This document shows, piece by piece, positions 55,018 to 64,000 of a stretch of DNA of 64,000 nt. The position numbers and the translations under genes are program-made. A model generated the notes under the pieces. That model saw only the letters and a list, made by a program, of their open reading frames with translations, ran no database searches and had not been told where the DNA came from. Source of the stretch: Nitrosopumilaceae archaeon (GTDB taxonomy: Archaea; Thermoproteota; Nitrososphaeria; Nitrososphaerales; Nitrosopumilaceae); assembly GCA_965214835.1 (NCBI GenBank), contig CBDCCK010000002.1, positions 2,912,001 to 2,976,000 of the forward strand. The letters are read 5' to 3'. Numbering within the stretch: the first letter of the stretch is position 1; each line of letters starts with the position of its first letter.

Positions 55018-58000
55018 CTAGTCTGATACGTGGTATGTCATGGACATCATCCTGTCTATGATCTCCTGCGCCCTCTGCCGCTCTGCGGCCATCGAGTCTG
55101 CCAGCCGTTCTAGCCGGACCTCCTCTGGCAGGACCGCCGGATGCTCGTATGGAATCACGGATCCGGGCTCCCGTATCAGCTGCGACGCATCAAAGACCAG
55201 CACGGCCCTGTCCTGCTCGGCCTGCACGAGTGTCGCAAAGTTGGAGTTCATCCTGTTCATCACCTTCCACGGCACGTCCTGGTGACGCTCAAAGGCGTCG
55301 GGGACGGTCCTGTACCAGGTTCCGTGCGAGTTGCGGGCCCACTCGTTGCCCCACTGGTCGGCCCACAGGTCCGCCAGCTTGTCGGTGCGCTCCAGCTGTA
55401 TGACGGCCGCCTCGTACTGCTGCCCGCGCTTGTATATTCCTGCCGTGTCCAGCGGCACCGGGTTCATAGAGTCTCCCTGTACCAGCAGCCCGTCGTTCAT
55501 ATAGTTCTGCGCGCTCCAGCGCTGCACGTCCATCACATATATGACAAAGGGCTCGTGGTACATCTGCTCCCGGAACAGCAGTCCCTCAATTGAGAGCTCG
55601 ACGCATCTTGTGGGATCGGCGGGGGACATGCACCCGACAAGCTCCACGCCGAGGGCGGCCTCGCCTATGACGTCGTTTGGATCCGTGTATACGGCATCCA
55701 GTATCTCGTATGTAGAGTCTGCAGTATAGTCGCGCCCGAGCTCGACGGTCAGGACGGCCTCGGCGTCGCCTATGGGGGAGCCGACCCCGGGCACCCCGAA
55801 GCCTATCTGGAACTGCTGGACTCCTGCAGCAGAGTGCGCCCTGAGCGTAAAGTCGTGTTTCGTGTCTGTCTGTATTGACTCGCGCCTATAGTCTACGTGA
55901 TAGTCAAGCACGTCGCGGCAGATGCCGTCCATGGAGTATCCGCAGCTTACCATCTGGCCGCCCGTCTGCGGCGATACGCCAAAGGTCGGGGCCGTCTGCC
56001 ACTCGTCATCATTGCCGCCGCCCCTCGAGTCGGGCTTGAATCCGTCGTCCCAGATGCCCAGGCGCATCCAGCCCGAGTCGTCTATCCCCCACACGGCATA
56101 CATGGACCAGTCCAGGTCGCCTGCCGCGTTCAGCTCAATGTCCCCGATGGCCCCGACATACCGGGATGCGGCCTCGGGGAGGGCGGCCCTTATCTCCCCG
56201 GGTTCGGCGTCCCACCCGGCCTCCTCCAGTGCCAGTCCCAGCACCCATATGGTATCGTACATGCCATAGGTATACACGGCAGGCGCGGTGCCAAACTCGT
56301 CGTCGATGATATCCGTCAGGTACCTGTACGCGGGGCTGTCCGAGTCCTCTGCAAAGACGGACGCCTGAAAGTTTGCATCCCTCAGGAACTCGAATACCCC
56401 GGGATCATCGACCAGTGCATTGTCAAGAACCGAGGCATCCGAGCCCATCCACTGTACGGTGCCCAGCACCGGATGGCCGGCCGCCTTGGCCACGAACCGG
56501 GACATCTCCTCCTGCCCTATGAACAGGACGGAGACCCGGTCTGCGCCGGCCTCCTGCACGTGTCCGGAGACTGCCGTCTCCAGCCGTGCGGCCAGGGCCT
56601 CAAAGGCGCCGTCCAGGTCAGGATCGTCCGGATCATAGCTGCCCAGCTCGTCTGCCGTACCGCCGAGCGCCTCAAATTCGGTCACAGCCGAGTTTCTGAT
56701 GCCCTCGCCCCAGATGTCGCCCCTCCACACCACAACCATGACGTCCTTTTCGTACTCGTCCCCGAGCAGGCCGGCAATCACGGATCCCTGCTGCGAGTCA
56801 TCCGGCGCCAGCCTGAAGATGTTGTCGCCCTCGATTGCAAGCGAGGGCGCAGTCGAGCAGCAGCTGACAAGTATCATGCCGTTGGAATCGGCATAATTTC
56901 TTACGGCGTCCAGCTCGGAGCTGCGGACGGGTCCGGAGACCAGCGTTATGTTCGCAGAGTCAAGCGACCGGATCAGGGTCTGCACGTCGGCAGCCTCCGT
57001 ATCATTGATGACCAGCTGGTCGGCGCGCCAGACTGCACCGTTCCTCTCAAGGTATGCGTTGAGGTCCTCGACGGCGGCATTGGCCGCAAATGTGTGGTGC
57101 TCTCCCAGATGGCTGCCCAGTCCACCCGTCTGCGGAATCAGGGCGCCCATCGTTATGTACTCCGCCGGTACAGTCACGGTCCTCGTTGCAATTTTCGTGT
57201 TGCCGGCGTCATCGGTTGCCGTATAGGTCACCGTGTAGGTTCCGGGCCTGTCCGTATCCACCAGTGTATCGTCGACAGAGACGGCGTCTGCATAGTTCGG
57301 ATCGTTGTCGGTGGACGTGGCGCCCGCATCGATGTATGTCGAGCCCAGCGGTATGGTGACCGGATCCTCGCCTGATACCATGATTTCAGGCGGCGTGGTG
57401 TCGCGCACCTGAACGATCCTGGTCGCAGTGACGGGGTTGTTGTTGGGGTCAGTCGCCATAAAGTTGACGATATAGTCACCGCGCACGTTGACGTCTACCG
57501 CAGAGGCGTTGATGTCGACCGTCGAGCCGCCGCTTATGGTGGCGCCCGGATCTACATACGGGTCGCCGAGCTCGTGGGGCCACGGGTTGGTGCCGTTGAG
57601 CATTATCGCATAGAGGGTCACTGCTATCTCAAAGGTCTGTGAATCGGTGCCGCCGCGGCCGTCGTCTACCGTTATTGTAACATCGTGGGTCTGTCCGATA
57701 TCGTCCTGTACGGGCGTCCAGACGATGCTGCCGTTCGAGGTATCAAATACGGCAGCTGCCGGCAGCGTGCCGCGCGATATCGAGTACGCGTGCGTGTCGG
57801 TAGGATCTGCGTCGGTTACCTTGGGCATTATGCTCAGCTGGGCTCCGGGCGTTGCGTTCCGGTCGCCTATGGTTGCCAATACGGGGGCGTTGTTGTCGCG
57901 CGTGACCGTTATTGTTATCGTACCCTGCGCCGTGTTGGTGCCGTCAGATACCGTATATCCGAACGTGTCGGTGCCCGTATAGTCTTGGTCCGGGGTGTAT

Positions 58001-61000
58001 GTTATTGTATTGTCATCATGGGTGGCAGACCCGTTGGGCGGGTTTTCGATTGCCGATATCACCGGGGTGTCCGATGTGTCTGGATCCGATATGGAAGGCG
58101 TTATTGTTATGGGTGTGTCCTCTGCGGTGGTTGCCGTCTCGGAAGGCGCCACCGGTGGGTCGTTGGACGGCTCTCCCAAGTTCAGCTCTACTATCTGGAG
58201 GCCGGCATCGCCAAAGGCGGCCACCGCTGCGTAGATGTCCTGCCCTATCATGAAGATGTCCACGCCGCGTGGGCTGTTAAGCTCTAGGGAGCCCATATCC
58301 CCCAGATTCCCAGCGGCGGTGAGATTGGCAGGATCGGTAATGTCTACTAGCTGGATGCCGTTGTCAGAGAGGGATGTAACCACCGCGTAGGTGTTGCTGC
58401 CGAATGTAAAGACATCCACGTTGCGTGGGCTTCCAAGTCGCAAGGCGCCATTATCTCCCAGTCTGCCGGCGGCAGTCGGACTGGCAGGGTTGGAAACATC
58501 CACAATCTGGATGCCGTTGTCTACTTCGGCGACCACTACCGCATAGGTACTCTGTCCGATCGTGATAACGGCCACGTCAAGGGCGCCGCCAAGCCGCAAG
58601 AATCCCCCATCCCCTAGGCTGCCGGCCTCGATGGGATTGACAGGATCGGTGACGTCTACGATCTGGAGGCCGTTGTCAAGCACGGAGGCGACTGCGGCGT
58701 AGGTTCTGCCGTCTATCGTAAAGACGTCTACTCCAGAGGCGCCATCAAGTCGCGTGGAGTTCGTATCTTCTAGGCTGCCGGCGGCAGTCGGACTGGCAGG
58801 ATCGGTGACGTTTACAATCTGGATGCCGTCATAGTAGGAGCTGACTGCGGCGTAGGTGCTGCCGTCTATCGTAAAGACGGCCACGCCGAAGGCGCCGTCA
58901 AGCTTCTTAGAGGGTGTATCTGACACCCGACCTGTGGCCTGCAAACTGGCAGGATCGGTAACGTTTACAATCTGGATGCCGTCATCATTGTGGGAGGCCA
59001 CTACGGCGTAGATGCTGCCGTCTATCGTAAAGACGGCCACGCCGCGTGGGCTAGCAAGTCGCAAGTCGTTATTATCTTCCAGGCTGCCGGCGGCAGTCGG
59101 ACTGGCAGGATCGGTGACGTTGATAATCTGGATGCCATCATCATATTCGGAGGCGACGGCCGCGTAGGTGCTGCCGTCTATCGTAAAGGTGTCCACGCCG
59201 AAGGCGCCGTCAAGCAGCAATTGCTGGCTGTCTCCTATATTCCCGACCGGGGTCAGCGTGAGTGTTGGTGGAGCATCACCCACGACTATGTCAAAGGATT
59301 CAGAGTCGGTGCCGCCCCGGCCGTCGTCTACCGTTATTGTGACCTCGTGGGTCTGCCCGGCATCTGCCTGCACGGGCGTCCAGACGATGCTGCCGTTCGA
59401 GGTATCAAATACGGCAGCTGCCGGCAGCGTGCCGCGCGATATCGAGTACGTGTGCGTGTCGGTCGTGTCGGCGTCGGTTACCGTGGGTGTTATGCTCAGC
59501 TGGACTCCCGGCGTTGCGGTCTGGTCGCCTATTGTTCCTAGGACGGGGGCGCTGTTGGGAGCCAAGCTTGCACCCTCGGCAAGCTTTACTGTCTGGAGGC
59601 CCTCCGTGTCTGTTGCCACCACGGCGTACACGTCCCCGCCGATCTCAAACAGGGCCAGATCCCGTGCATTTTCAAGGGAGAGCGACAGGTCGTCCCCAAT
59701 GGATCCGGCCGCTGCGGGATTGTCGGGGTTGGTTATATCCACAATCTGGAGGCCGTCGTCGCTCTCGGAGGCCACTGCTGCGTAGACGGTCTGGCCCACC
59801 CAGAACATCTCCACGCCGCTGGCCCCGGCAAGCAGCCTGTCGCCGCCATCTACAAGCTTTCCGGCAGGCGACGGATTGTCGGGATCGGTGACGTTTATGA
59901 TCTGGAGGCCGTTTTCAAGATGTGACGCCACTGCCACGTATGCAAAGCCTCCCACCTCGAAGGTGTCCACGGCGCGGATTCCCCTGAGCAGCATGTCAGT
60001 GTTGTCTGCCAGCCGTCCCGTCTCTGCAGGACTGGACGGGTTGCTGACGTCTATGATCTCAAGGCCGTCATCTCCCCACGAGGCCACTACTGCATATGTG
60101 GAGCCGCCCCTCTTGAAGGTGTCCACCGAGGAGGTATCAGCAAGCAGCCTGGAGCCGTTATCTGCCAGCTCCCCTGGTGCCGTCAGACTGCTGGGATCGG
60201 TGACATGTACAAGCTGGAGGCCGCCGTCGTGCTGTGAGGTGACTGCCGCGTAGGTGTTGGTGCCTATCGTAAAGGTGGTCACCGCGTTGGCGCCTTCAAG
60301 CAGCCGGTTGCCGCCGTCTGCCACCCGTCCGACCGAGGCAGGGTTGTCCGGATCGGTGACGTCGATTATCTCGACGCCGTCATCACCATTGGAGGCCACC
60401 ACGGCGTAGGTCTTGCCGCCCGTCTCAAAGGTGTCCACGGCGCGCGCGCCATCAAGCCGCAGGGTGATATCGTCGTCAAGCTGTCCGGCCGCTGCAGGGG
60501 CTGCCGGATCTGTTATGTCCATGATCTGGATGCCGTCCTCGCTGCCGGAGACGGCGACCGCATAGGTGGAGCCGCCTATCTCAAAGGTGTCCACGCCGCG
60601 GGACAGATCAAGCAGCAGACTAGCAGTGTCTGGAATACTCTTGGAGGGAATGGGGCTGTCTGGAGTAGCCGTCGTGATCGGGTTGTCGGCTGCAGATTCT
60701 ATCTGGTTCCCGAACAGATCCGATACAGCGCCTGCTGCGATGTCAAGCTGCGGGGTTGCCATCCGGGCTATGTCGTCCAGCTGGGACTGGGTAAGCGTAA
60801 GGTATATCGTGTCAGAGTCAGGTACAGTATCATCGAATGTCGCCCCAGTCAGGGCCACCTCGTTTGTTTCGCCCGCGTCGCTGACGTACAGTTTTGACAG
60901 GTCGGTCTCCGAGACGTCTATTGTCTCGCTGAAGGTTACAACCACGGCACCGGTGTGCCTGTCCATGGTAGCAGATGCGAACTCGGGTTCTGTATCGTCC

Positions 61001-64000
61001 TCGTCAAGACCCACCACCTGGAGGCCCTCGGTATCGGAGGCCACCACGGCGTAGGTGCCCCTGCCGCTTGTGAACACGGCCAGATCCCGGGCCTTATCAA
61101 GGGAGAGCGACGGGCCGTCCCCCAGGAATCCGGCCGCCGCCGGGTTGTCGGGATCGGCTATATCCACAACCTGGACGCCGTCGTCGCCCTCGGATGCCAC
61201 TGCGGCGTAGACTCCAGTATAGGTCCGGAACACCTCCACCCCACTGGCCCCGGCAAGCCGCAGGTCGCCGCCGTCTGCAAGCTTGCCTGCCGCCGCCGGA
61301 TTGCCGGGATCGGAGACGTCGATTATCTGCAGTCCGTGGTCGAGATGCGATGTGGCCACCGCGTATGTGGAGCCGCCCGTCTCGAAGGTGTCCAAGTCGC
61401 GGATTCCGCGGAGCAGCAGGTCGTTGTCGTCTGCCAGGTTGCCGGCGGCTGCCGGGTTGTCGGGATCGGAGACGTCTATGATCTGGAGGCCGGGCTGGCC
61501 CCATGAGGCCACGACTGCATATGTGGAGCCGCCCGTCTCAAAGACGGCCACGGCGCTGGTGTCGACAAGCAGCCGACTGCTATCGTCTGCCAGATTGCCG
61601 GCGGCTGCCGGACTGGCAGGATTGGTGACGTCTATGATCTGGAGGCCGTCGTCGTGCTCTGAGGTGACTGCGGCGTAGGTGTTGGTGTCTATCGTAAAGG
61701 TGGTCACGCCGTTGGCGCCGTCAAGCAGGCGGGAGCCGTCGTCTTTCACCCGTCCAACCGAGGCAGGGTTGTCCGGATCGCTGACGTCGATTATCTCGAC
61801 GCCGTCATCACCATTGGAGGCCACCACGGCGTAGGTCTTGCCGCCCGTCTCAAAGGTGTCCACGGCGCGCGCGCCCCAGAGCAGCAGCGTGCTGTCATCG
61901 TCCTGCAGGCTTCCGGTGGCTGCAGGAGCTGCAGGATTTGTTACATCCACGATCTGGATACCGTCCACGTCGGAGGAGACGGCCACCGCATATATCGAGC
62001 CGCCTATCTCGAAGGTGTCCACACCGCGGGACTCGGCAAGCAGCAGGTTCGCATCGTCGGGCAGTCTTCCGGAGGGGATCGGGTTGGCCGGGCTGGCCGT
62101 CGTGATCGGGTTGTCGGCTGTAGATTCTATCTGGTTCCCGAACAGATCCGATACAGCGCCTGCTGCGATGTCAAGCTGCGGGGTTGCCATCCGGGCTATG
62201 TCGTCCAGCTGGGACTGGGTAAGCGTAATGGATGTAGTGTCAGAGTCCGGTACCGTGTCATCGAATGCAGCCCCAGTCAGGGCCACCTCGTTTGTTTCGC
62301 CCGCGTCGCTGACGTACAGTTTTGACAGGTCGGTCTCCGAGACGTCTATCGTCTCGTCGAAGGTGATCATCATGGCGCCGGTGCTGCCGTCCAGTGTGGC
62401 CGATGCGAACTCGGGTTCTGTATCGTCCTCGTCAAGACCCACCACCTGGAGGCCCTCCATATGGGAGGCCACCACGGCGTAGGTGCCCTTGCCGCTTGTG
62501 AACACGGCTAGATCCCGCGCATCGTCAAGGGAGAGCGACGGGCCATCCCCTAGGAATCCGGCTGCCGCCGGGTTGTCGGGATCGGTTATGCCCACAACCT
62601 GGACGCCGTCGTCGTCCTCGGATGCCACTGCGGCGTAGACTCCAGTATAGGTCCGGAACACCTCCACCCCGCTGGCCCCCCCAAGCAGCAGGTCGCCGCC
62701 GTCTGCAAGCTTGCCTGCCGCCGCCGGATTGCCGGGATCGGAGACGTCGATTATCTGCAGTCCGTGGTCAAGATGCGATGTGGCCACCGCGTATGTGGAG
62801 CCGCCCGTCTCGAAGGTGTCCAAGTCGCGGATTCCGCGGAGCAGCAGGTCGTTGTCGTCTGCCAGGTTGCCGGCGGCTGCCGGGTTGTCGGGATCGGAGA
62901 CGTCTATGATCTGGAGGCCGGGCTCGCCCCATGAGGCCACGGCTGCATATGTGGAGCCGCCCGTCTCAAAGACGGCCACGGCGCTGGTGTCGACAAGCAG
63001 CCGACTGCTATCGTCTGCCAGATTGCCGGCGGCTGCCGGACTGGCAGGATTGGTGACGTCTATGATCTGGAGGCCGTCGTCGTGCTGGGAGGTGACTGCG
63101 GCGTAGGTGTTGGTGTCTATCGTAAAGGTGGTCACGCCGTTGGCGCCGTCAAGCAAGCGGGAGCCGTCGTCTTTCACCCGTCCAACCGAGGCAGGGTTGT
63201 CCGGATCGCTGACGTCGATTATCTCGACGCCGTCATCACCATTGGAGGCCACCACGGCGTAGGTCTTGCCGCCCGTCTCAAAGGTGTCCACGGCGCGCGC
63301 GCCCCAGAGCAGCAGCGTGTCATCGTCGTCCTGCAGGCTTCCGGCGGCTGCAGGAGCTGCAGGATTTGTTACATCCACGATCTGGATGCCGTCCACGTCG
63401 GAGGAGACGGCCACCGCATATATCGAGCCGCCTATCTCGAAGGTGTCCACGCCACCGGACTCGGCAAGCAGCAGGTTCGCATCGTCGGGCAGGTTTCCGG
63501 AGGGGATCGGGCTGTCCGGAGTGGCCGTCGTGATCGGGTTGTCGGCTGCAGATTTCATCTGGTTCCCGAACAGATCCGATACAGCGCCTGCTGCGATGTC
63601 AAGCTGCGGGGTTGCCATCCGGGCTATGTCATTCAGCTGGGACTGGGTAAGCGTAAGCGATATCGTGTCAGAGTCCGGTACCGTGTCATCGAATGTAGCC
63701 CCAGTCAGGGCCACCTCGTTTGTTTCGCCCGCGTCGCTGACGTACAGTTTTGACAGGTCGGTCTCCGAGACGTCTATTGTCTCGTCGAAGGTGATCATCA
63801 TGGTGTCGGTGTTACCGTCCAATGCGGCCGATGCGAACTCGGGCCCTGTGGTGTCGATATCGCCAAGCTTTACCACCTGGAGGCCCTCTGTGTATGAGCC
63901 CACCACGGCGTGCGGACTCTCGCCGCTTGTGAACACGGTCACGACCCGTGCCTCTGCAAGCGAGAGCTGTGAGCTGTCCCCCAAGGATGTCACGGCTGAC
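55018..64000 (-). CDS. Giant modular surface protein (>2990 aa, 5' end beyond window)
   Basis: LVIVD-like beta-propeller repeats (YAVVAS..DDG.QIIDVTDP), 476-aa modules, cadherin/Ig-like domains (VDDGRGGTDS), DUF5011-type Ig (YVDPGAT), LivJ-like substrate-binding domain (STAPSL...IFRLAPDD) and a C-terminal domain. Frame is open to 64000. Confidence 0.92.
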   Translation of the reverse strand, partial: SAVTSLGDSSQLSLAEARVVTVFTSGESPHAVVGSYTEGLQVVKLGDIDTTGPEFASAALDGNTDTMMITFDETIDVSETDLSKLYVSDAGETNEVALTGATFDDTVPDSDTISLTLTQSQLNDIARMATPQLDIAAGAVSDLFGNQMKSAADNPITTATPDSPIPSGNLPDDANLLLAESGGVDTFEIGGSIYAVAVSSDVDGIQIVDVTNPAAPAAAGSLQDDDDTLLLWGARAVDTFETGGKTYAVVASNGDDGVEIIDVSDPDNPASVGRVKDDGSRLLDGANGVTTFTIDTNTYAAVTSQHDDGLQIIDVTNPASPAAAGNLADDSSRLLVDTSAVAVFETGGSTYAAVASWGEPGLQIIDVSDPDNPAAAGNLADDNDLLLRGIRDLDTFETGGSTYAVATSHLDHGLQIIDVSDPGNPAAAGKLADGGDLLLGGASGVEVFRTYTGVYAAVASEDDDGVQVVGITDPDNPAAAGFLGDGPSLSLDDARDLAVFTSGKGTYAVVASHMEGLQVVGLDEDDTEPEFASATLDGSTGAMMITFDETIDVSETDLSKLYVSDAGETNEVALTGAAFDDTVPDSDTTSITLTQSQLDDIARMATPQLDIAAGAVSDLFGNQIESTADNPITTASPANPIPSGRLPDDANLLLAESRGVDTFEIGGSIYAVAVSSDVDGIQIVDVTNPAAPAATGSLQDDDSTLLLWGARAVDTFETGGKTYAVVASNGDDGVEIIDVSDPDNPASVGRVKDDGSRLLDGANGVTTFTIDTNTYAAVTSEHDDGLQIIDVTNPASPAAAGNLADDSSRLLVDTSAVAVFETGGSTYAVVASWGQPGLQIIDVSDPDNPAAAGNLADDNDLLLRGIRDLDTFETGGSTYAVATSHLDHGLQIIDVSDPGNPAAAGKLADGGDLRLAGASGVEVFRTYTGVYAAVASEGDDGVQVVDIADPDNPAAAGFLGDGPSLSLDKARDLAVFTSGRGTYAVVASDTEGLQVVGLDEDDTEPEFASATMDRHTGAVVVTFSETIDVSETDLSKLYVSDAGETNEVALTGATFDDTVPDSDTIYLTLTQSQLDDIARMATPQLDIAAGAVSDLFGNQIESAADNPITTATPDSPIPSKSIPDTASLLLDLSRGVDTFEIGGSTYAVAVSGSEDGIQIMDITDPAAPAAAGQLDDDITLRLDGARAVDTFETGGKTYAVVASNGDDGVEIIDVTDPDNPASVGRVADGGNRLLEGANAVTTFTIGTNTYAAVTSQHDGGLQLVHVTDPSSLTAPGELADNGSRLLADTSSVDTFKRGGSTYAVVASWGDDGLEIIDVSNPSSPAETGRLADNTDMLLRGIRAVDTFEVGGFAYVAVASHLENGLQIINVTDPDNPSPAGKLVDGGDRLLAGASGVEMFWVGQTVYAAVASESDDGLQIVDITNPDNPAAAGSIGDDLSLSLENARDLALFEIGGDVYAVVATDTEGLQTVKLAEGASLAPNSAPVLGTIGDQTATPGVQLSITPTVTDADTTDTHTYSISRGTLPAAAVFDTSNGSIVWTPVQADAGQTHEVTITVDDGRGGTDSESFDIVVGDAPPTLTLTPVGNIGDSQQLLLDGAFGVDTFTIDGSTYAAVASEYDDGIQIINVTDPASPTAAGSLEDNNDLRLASPRGVAVFTIDGSIYAVVASHNDDGIQIVNVTDPASLQATGRVSDTPSKKLDGAFGVAVFTIDGSTYAAVSSYYDGIQIVNVTDPASPTAAGSLEDTNSTRLDGASGVDVFTIDGRTYAAVASVLDNGLQIVDVTDPVNPIEAGSLGDGGFLRLGGALDVAVITIGQSTYAVVVAEVDNGIQIVDVSNPASPTAAGRLGDNGALRLGSPRNVDVFTFGSNTYAVVTSLSDNGIQLVDITDPANLTAAGNLGDMGSLELNSPRGVDIFMIGQDIYAAVAAFGDAGLQIVELNLGEPSNDPPVAPSETATTAEDTPITITPSISDPDTSDTPVISAIENPPNGSATHDDNTITYTPDQDYTGTDTFGYTVSDGTNTAQGTITITVTRDNNAPVLATIGDRNATPGAQLSIMPKVTDADPTDTHAYSISRGTLPAAAVFDTSNGSIVWTPVQDDIGQTHDVTITVDDGRGGTDSQTFEIAVTLYAIMLNGTNPWPHELGDPYVDPGATISGGSTVDINASAVDVNVRGDYIVNFMATDPNNNPVTATRIVQVRDTTPPEIMVSGEDPVTIPLGSTYIDAGATSTDNDPNYADAVSVDDTLVDTDRPGTYTVTYTATDDAGNTKIATRTVTVPAEYITMGALIPQTGGLGSHLGEHHTFAANAAVEDLNAYLERNGAVWRADQLVINDTEAADVQTLIRSLDSANITLVSGPVRSSELDAVRNYADSNGMILVSCCSTAPSLAIEGDNIFRLAPDDSQQGSVIAGLLGDEYEKDVMVVVWRGDIWGEGIRNSAVTEFEALGGTADELGSYDPDDPDLDGAFEALAARLETAVSGHVQEAGADRVSVLFIGQEEMSRFVAKAAGHPVLGTVQWMGSDASVLDNALVDDPGVFEFLRDANFQASVFAEDSDSPAYRYLTDIIDDEFGTAPAVYTYGMYDTIWVLGLALEEAGWDAEPGEIRAALPEAASRYVGAIGDIELNAAGDLDWSMYAVWGIDDSGWMRLGIWDDGFKPDSRGGGNDDEWQTAPTFGVSPQTGGQMVSCGYSMDGICRDVLDYHVDYRRESIQTDTKHDFTLRAHSAAGVQQFQIGFGVPGVGSPIGDAEAVLTVELGRDYTADSTYEILDAVYTDPNDVIGEAALGVELVGCMSPADPTRCVELSIEGLLFREQMYHEPFVIYVMDVQRWSAQNYMNDGLLVQGDSMNPVPLDTAGIYKRGQQYEAAVIQLERTDKLADLWADQWGNEWARNSHGTWYRTVPDAFERHQDVPWKVMNRMNSNFATLVQAEQDRAVLVFDASQLIREPGSVIPYEHPAVLPEEVRLERLADSMAAERQRAQEIIDRMMSMTYHVSD
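60500..63845 (-). repeat. 1428-bp tandem modules: two near-identical copies plus the start of a third
   Basis: GAACTCGGG (PEFASA) at 63835, 62407 and 60979, exactly 1428 bp apart. Confidence 0.93.

Noticed and set aside
55040-63753. Long + strand ORFs opposite the giant gene (e.g. 55897-57375)
   Set aside because: Antisense shadows of a GC-rich repetitive CDS.
60500-63845. Diversity-generating retroelement template/variable repeat pair
   Set aside because: Repeats are whole in-frame 1428-bp modules, no adenine-restricted pattern was apparent by eye, and there is no reverse transcriptase in the window.

Overview
This window comes from an ammonia-oxidising archaeon (Nitrososphaerota, Nitrosopumilaceae-like, judged from the 16S-23S operon at ~44.75-49.37 kb and the core genes). 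It is very rich in IS elements, which with the giant repeat surface protein suggests a host-associated (e.g. sponge) lineage; that is inference. Core genes include a Zn-dependent dehydrogenase, atpF, a YchF GTPase, birA, tfb, phaE/phaC with phasin and AbrB regulator, usp, msrA, hemL and TPR proteins. They alternate with nested, mostly broken IS5, IS3, IS481, IS6, IS630, IS66-like and IS110 elements and MITEs. The main finding is a family of IS110-type elements whose non-coding ends fold like bridge RNAs. There are four copies: one nearly complete element, one recombinase-free 373-bp mini-element and two truncated copies. In the two copies with both ends, the loop guides match the element's own insertion site and ends, including a compensatory donor-guide change. 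The reconstituted targets are terminal inverted repeats of two other transposon families, pointing to RNA-guided targeting of transposon ends. A second IS110 lineage with a different bridge-like RNA is also present. Other notable items are a subtilase whose propeptide may be encoded by a separate membrane-anchored gene, a 6 x 54-bp in-frame repeat inside a transposase, a 17-bp target duplication, a compensatory change in 16S helix 1, and a modular protein of more than 2990 aa. All calls are from reading the sequence by eye; no searches were run.
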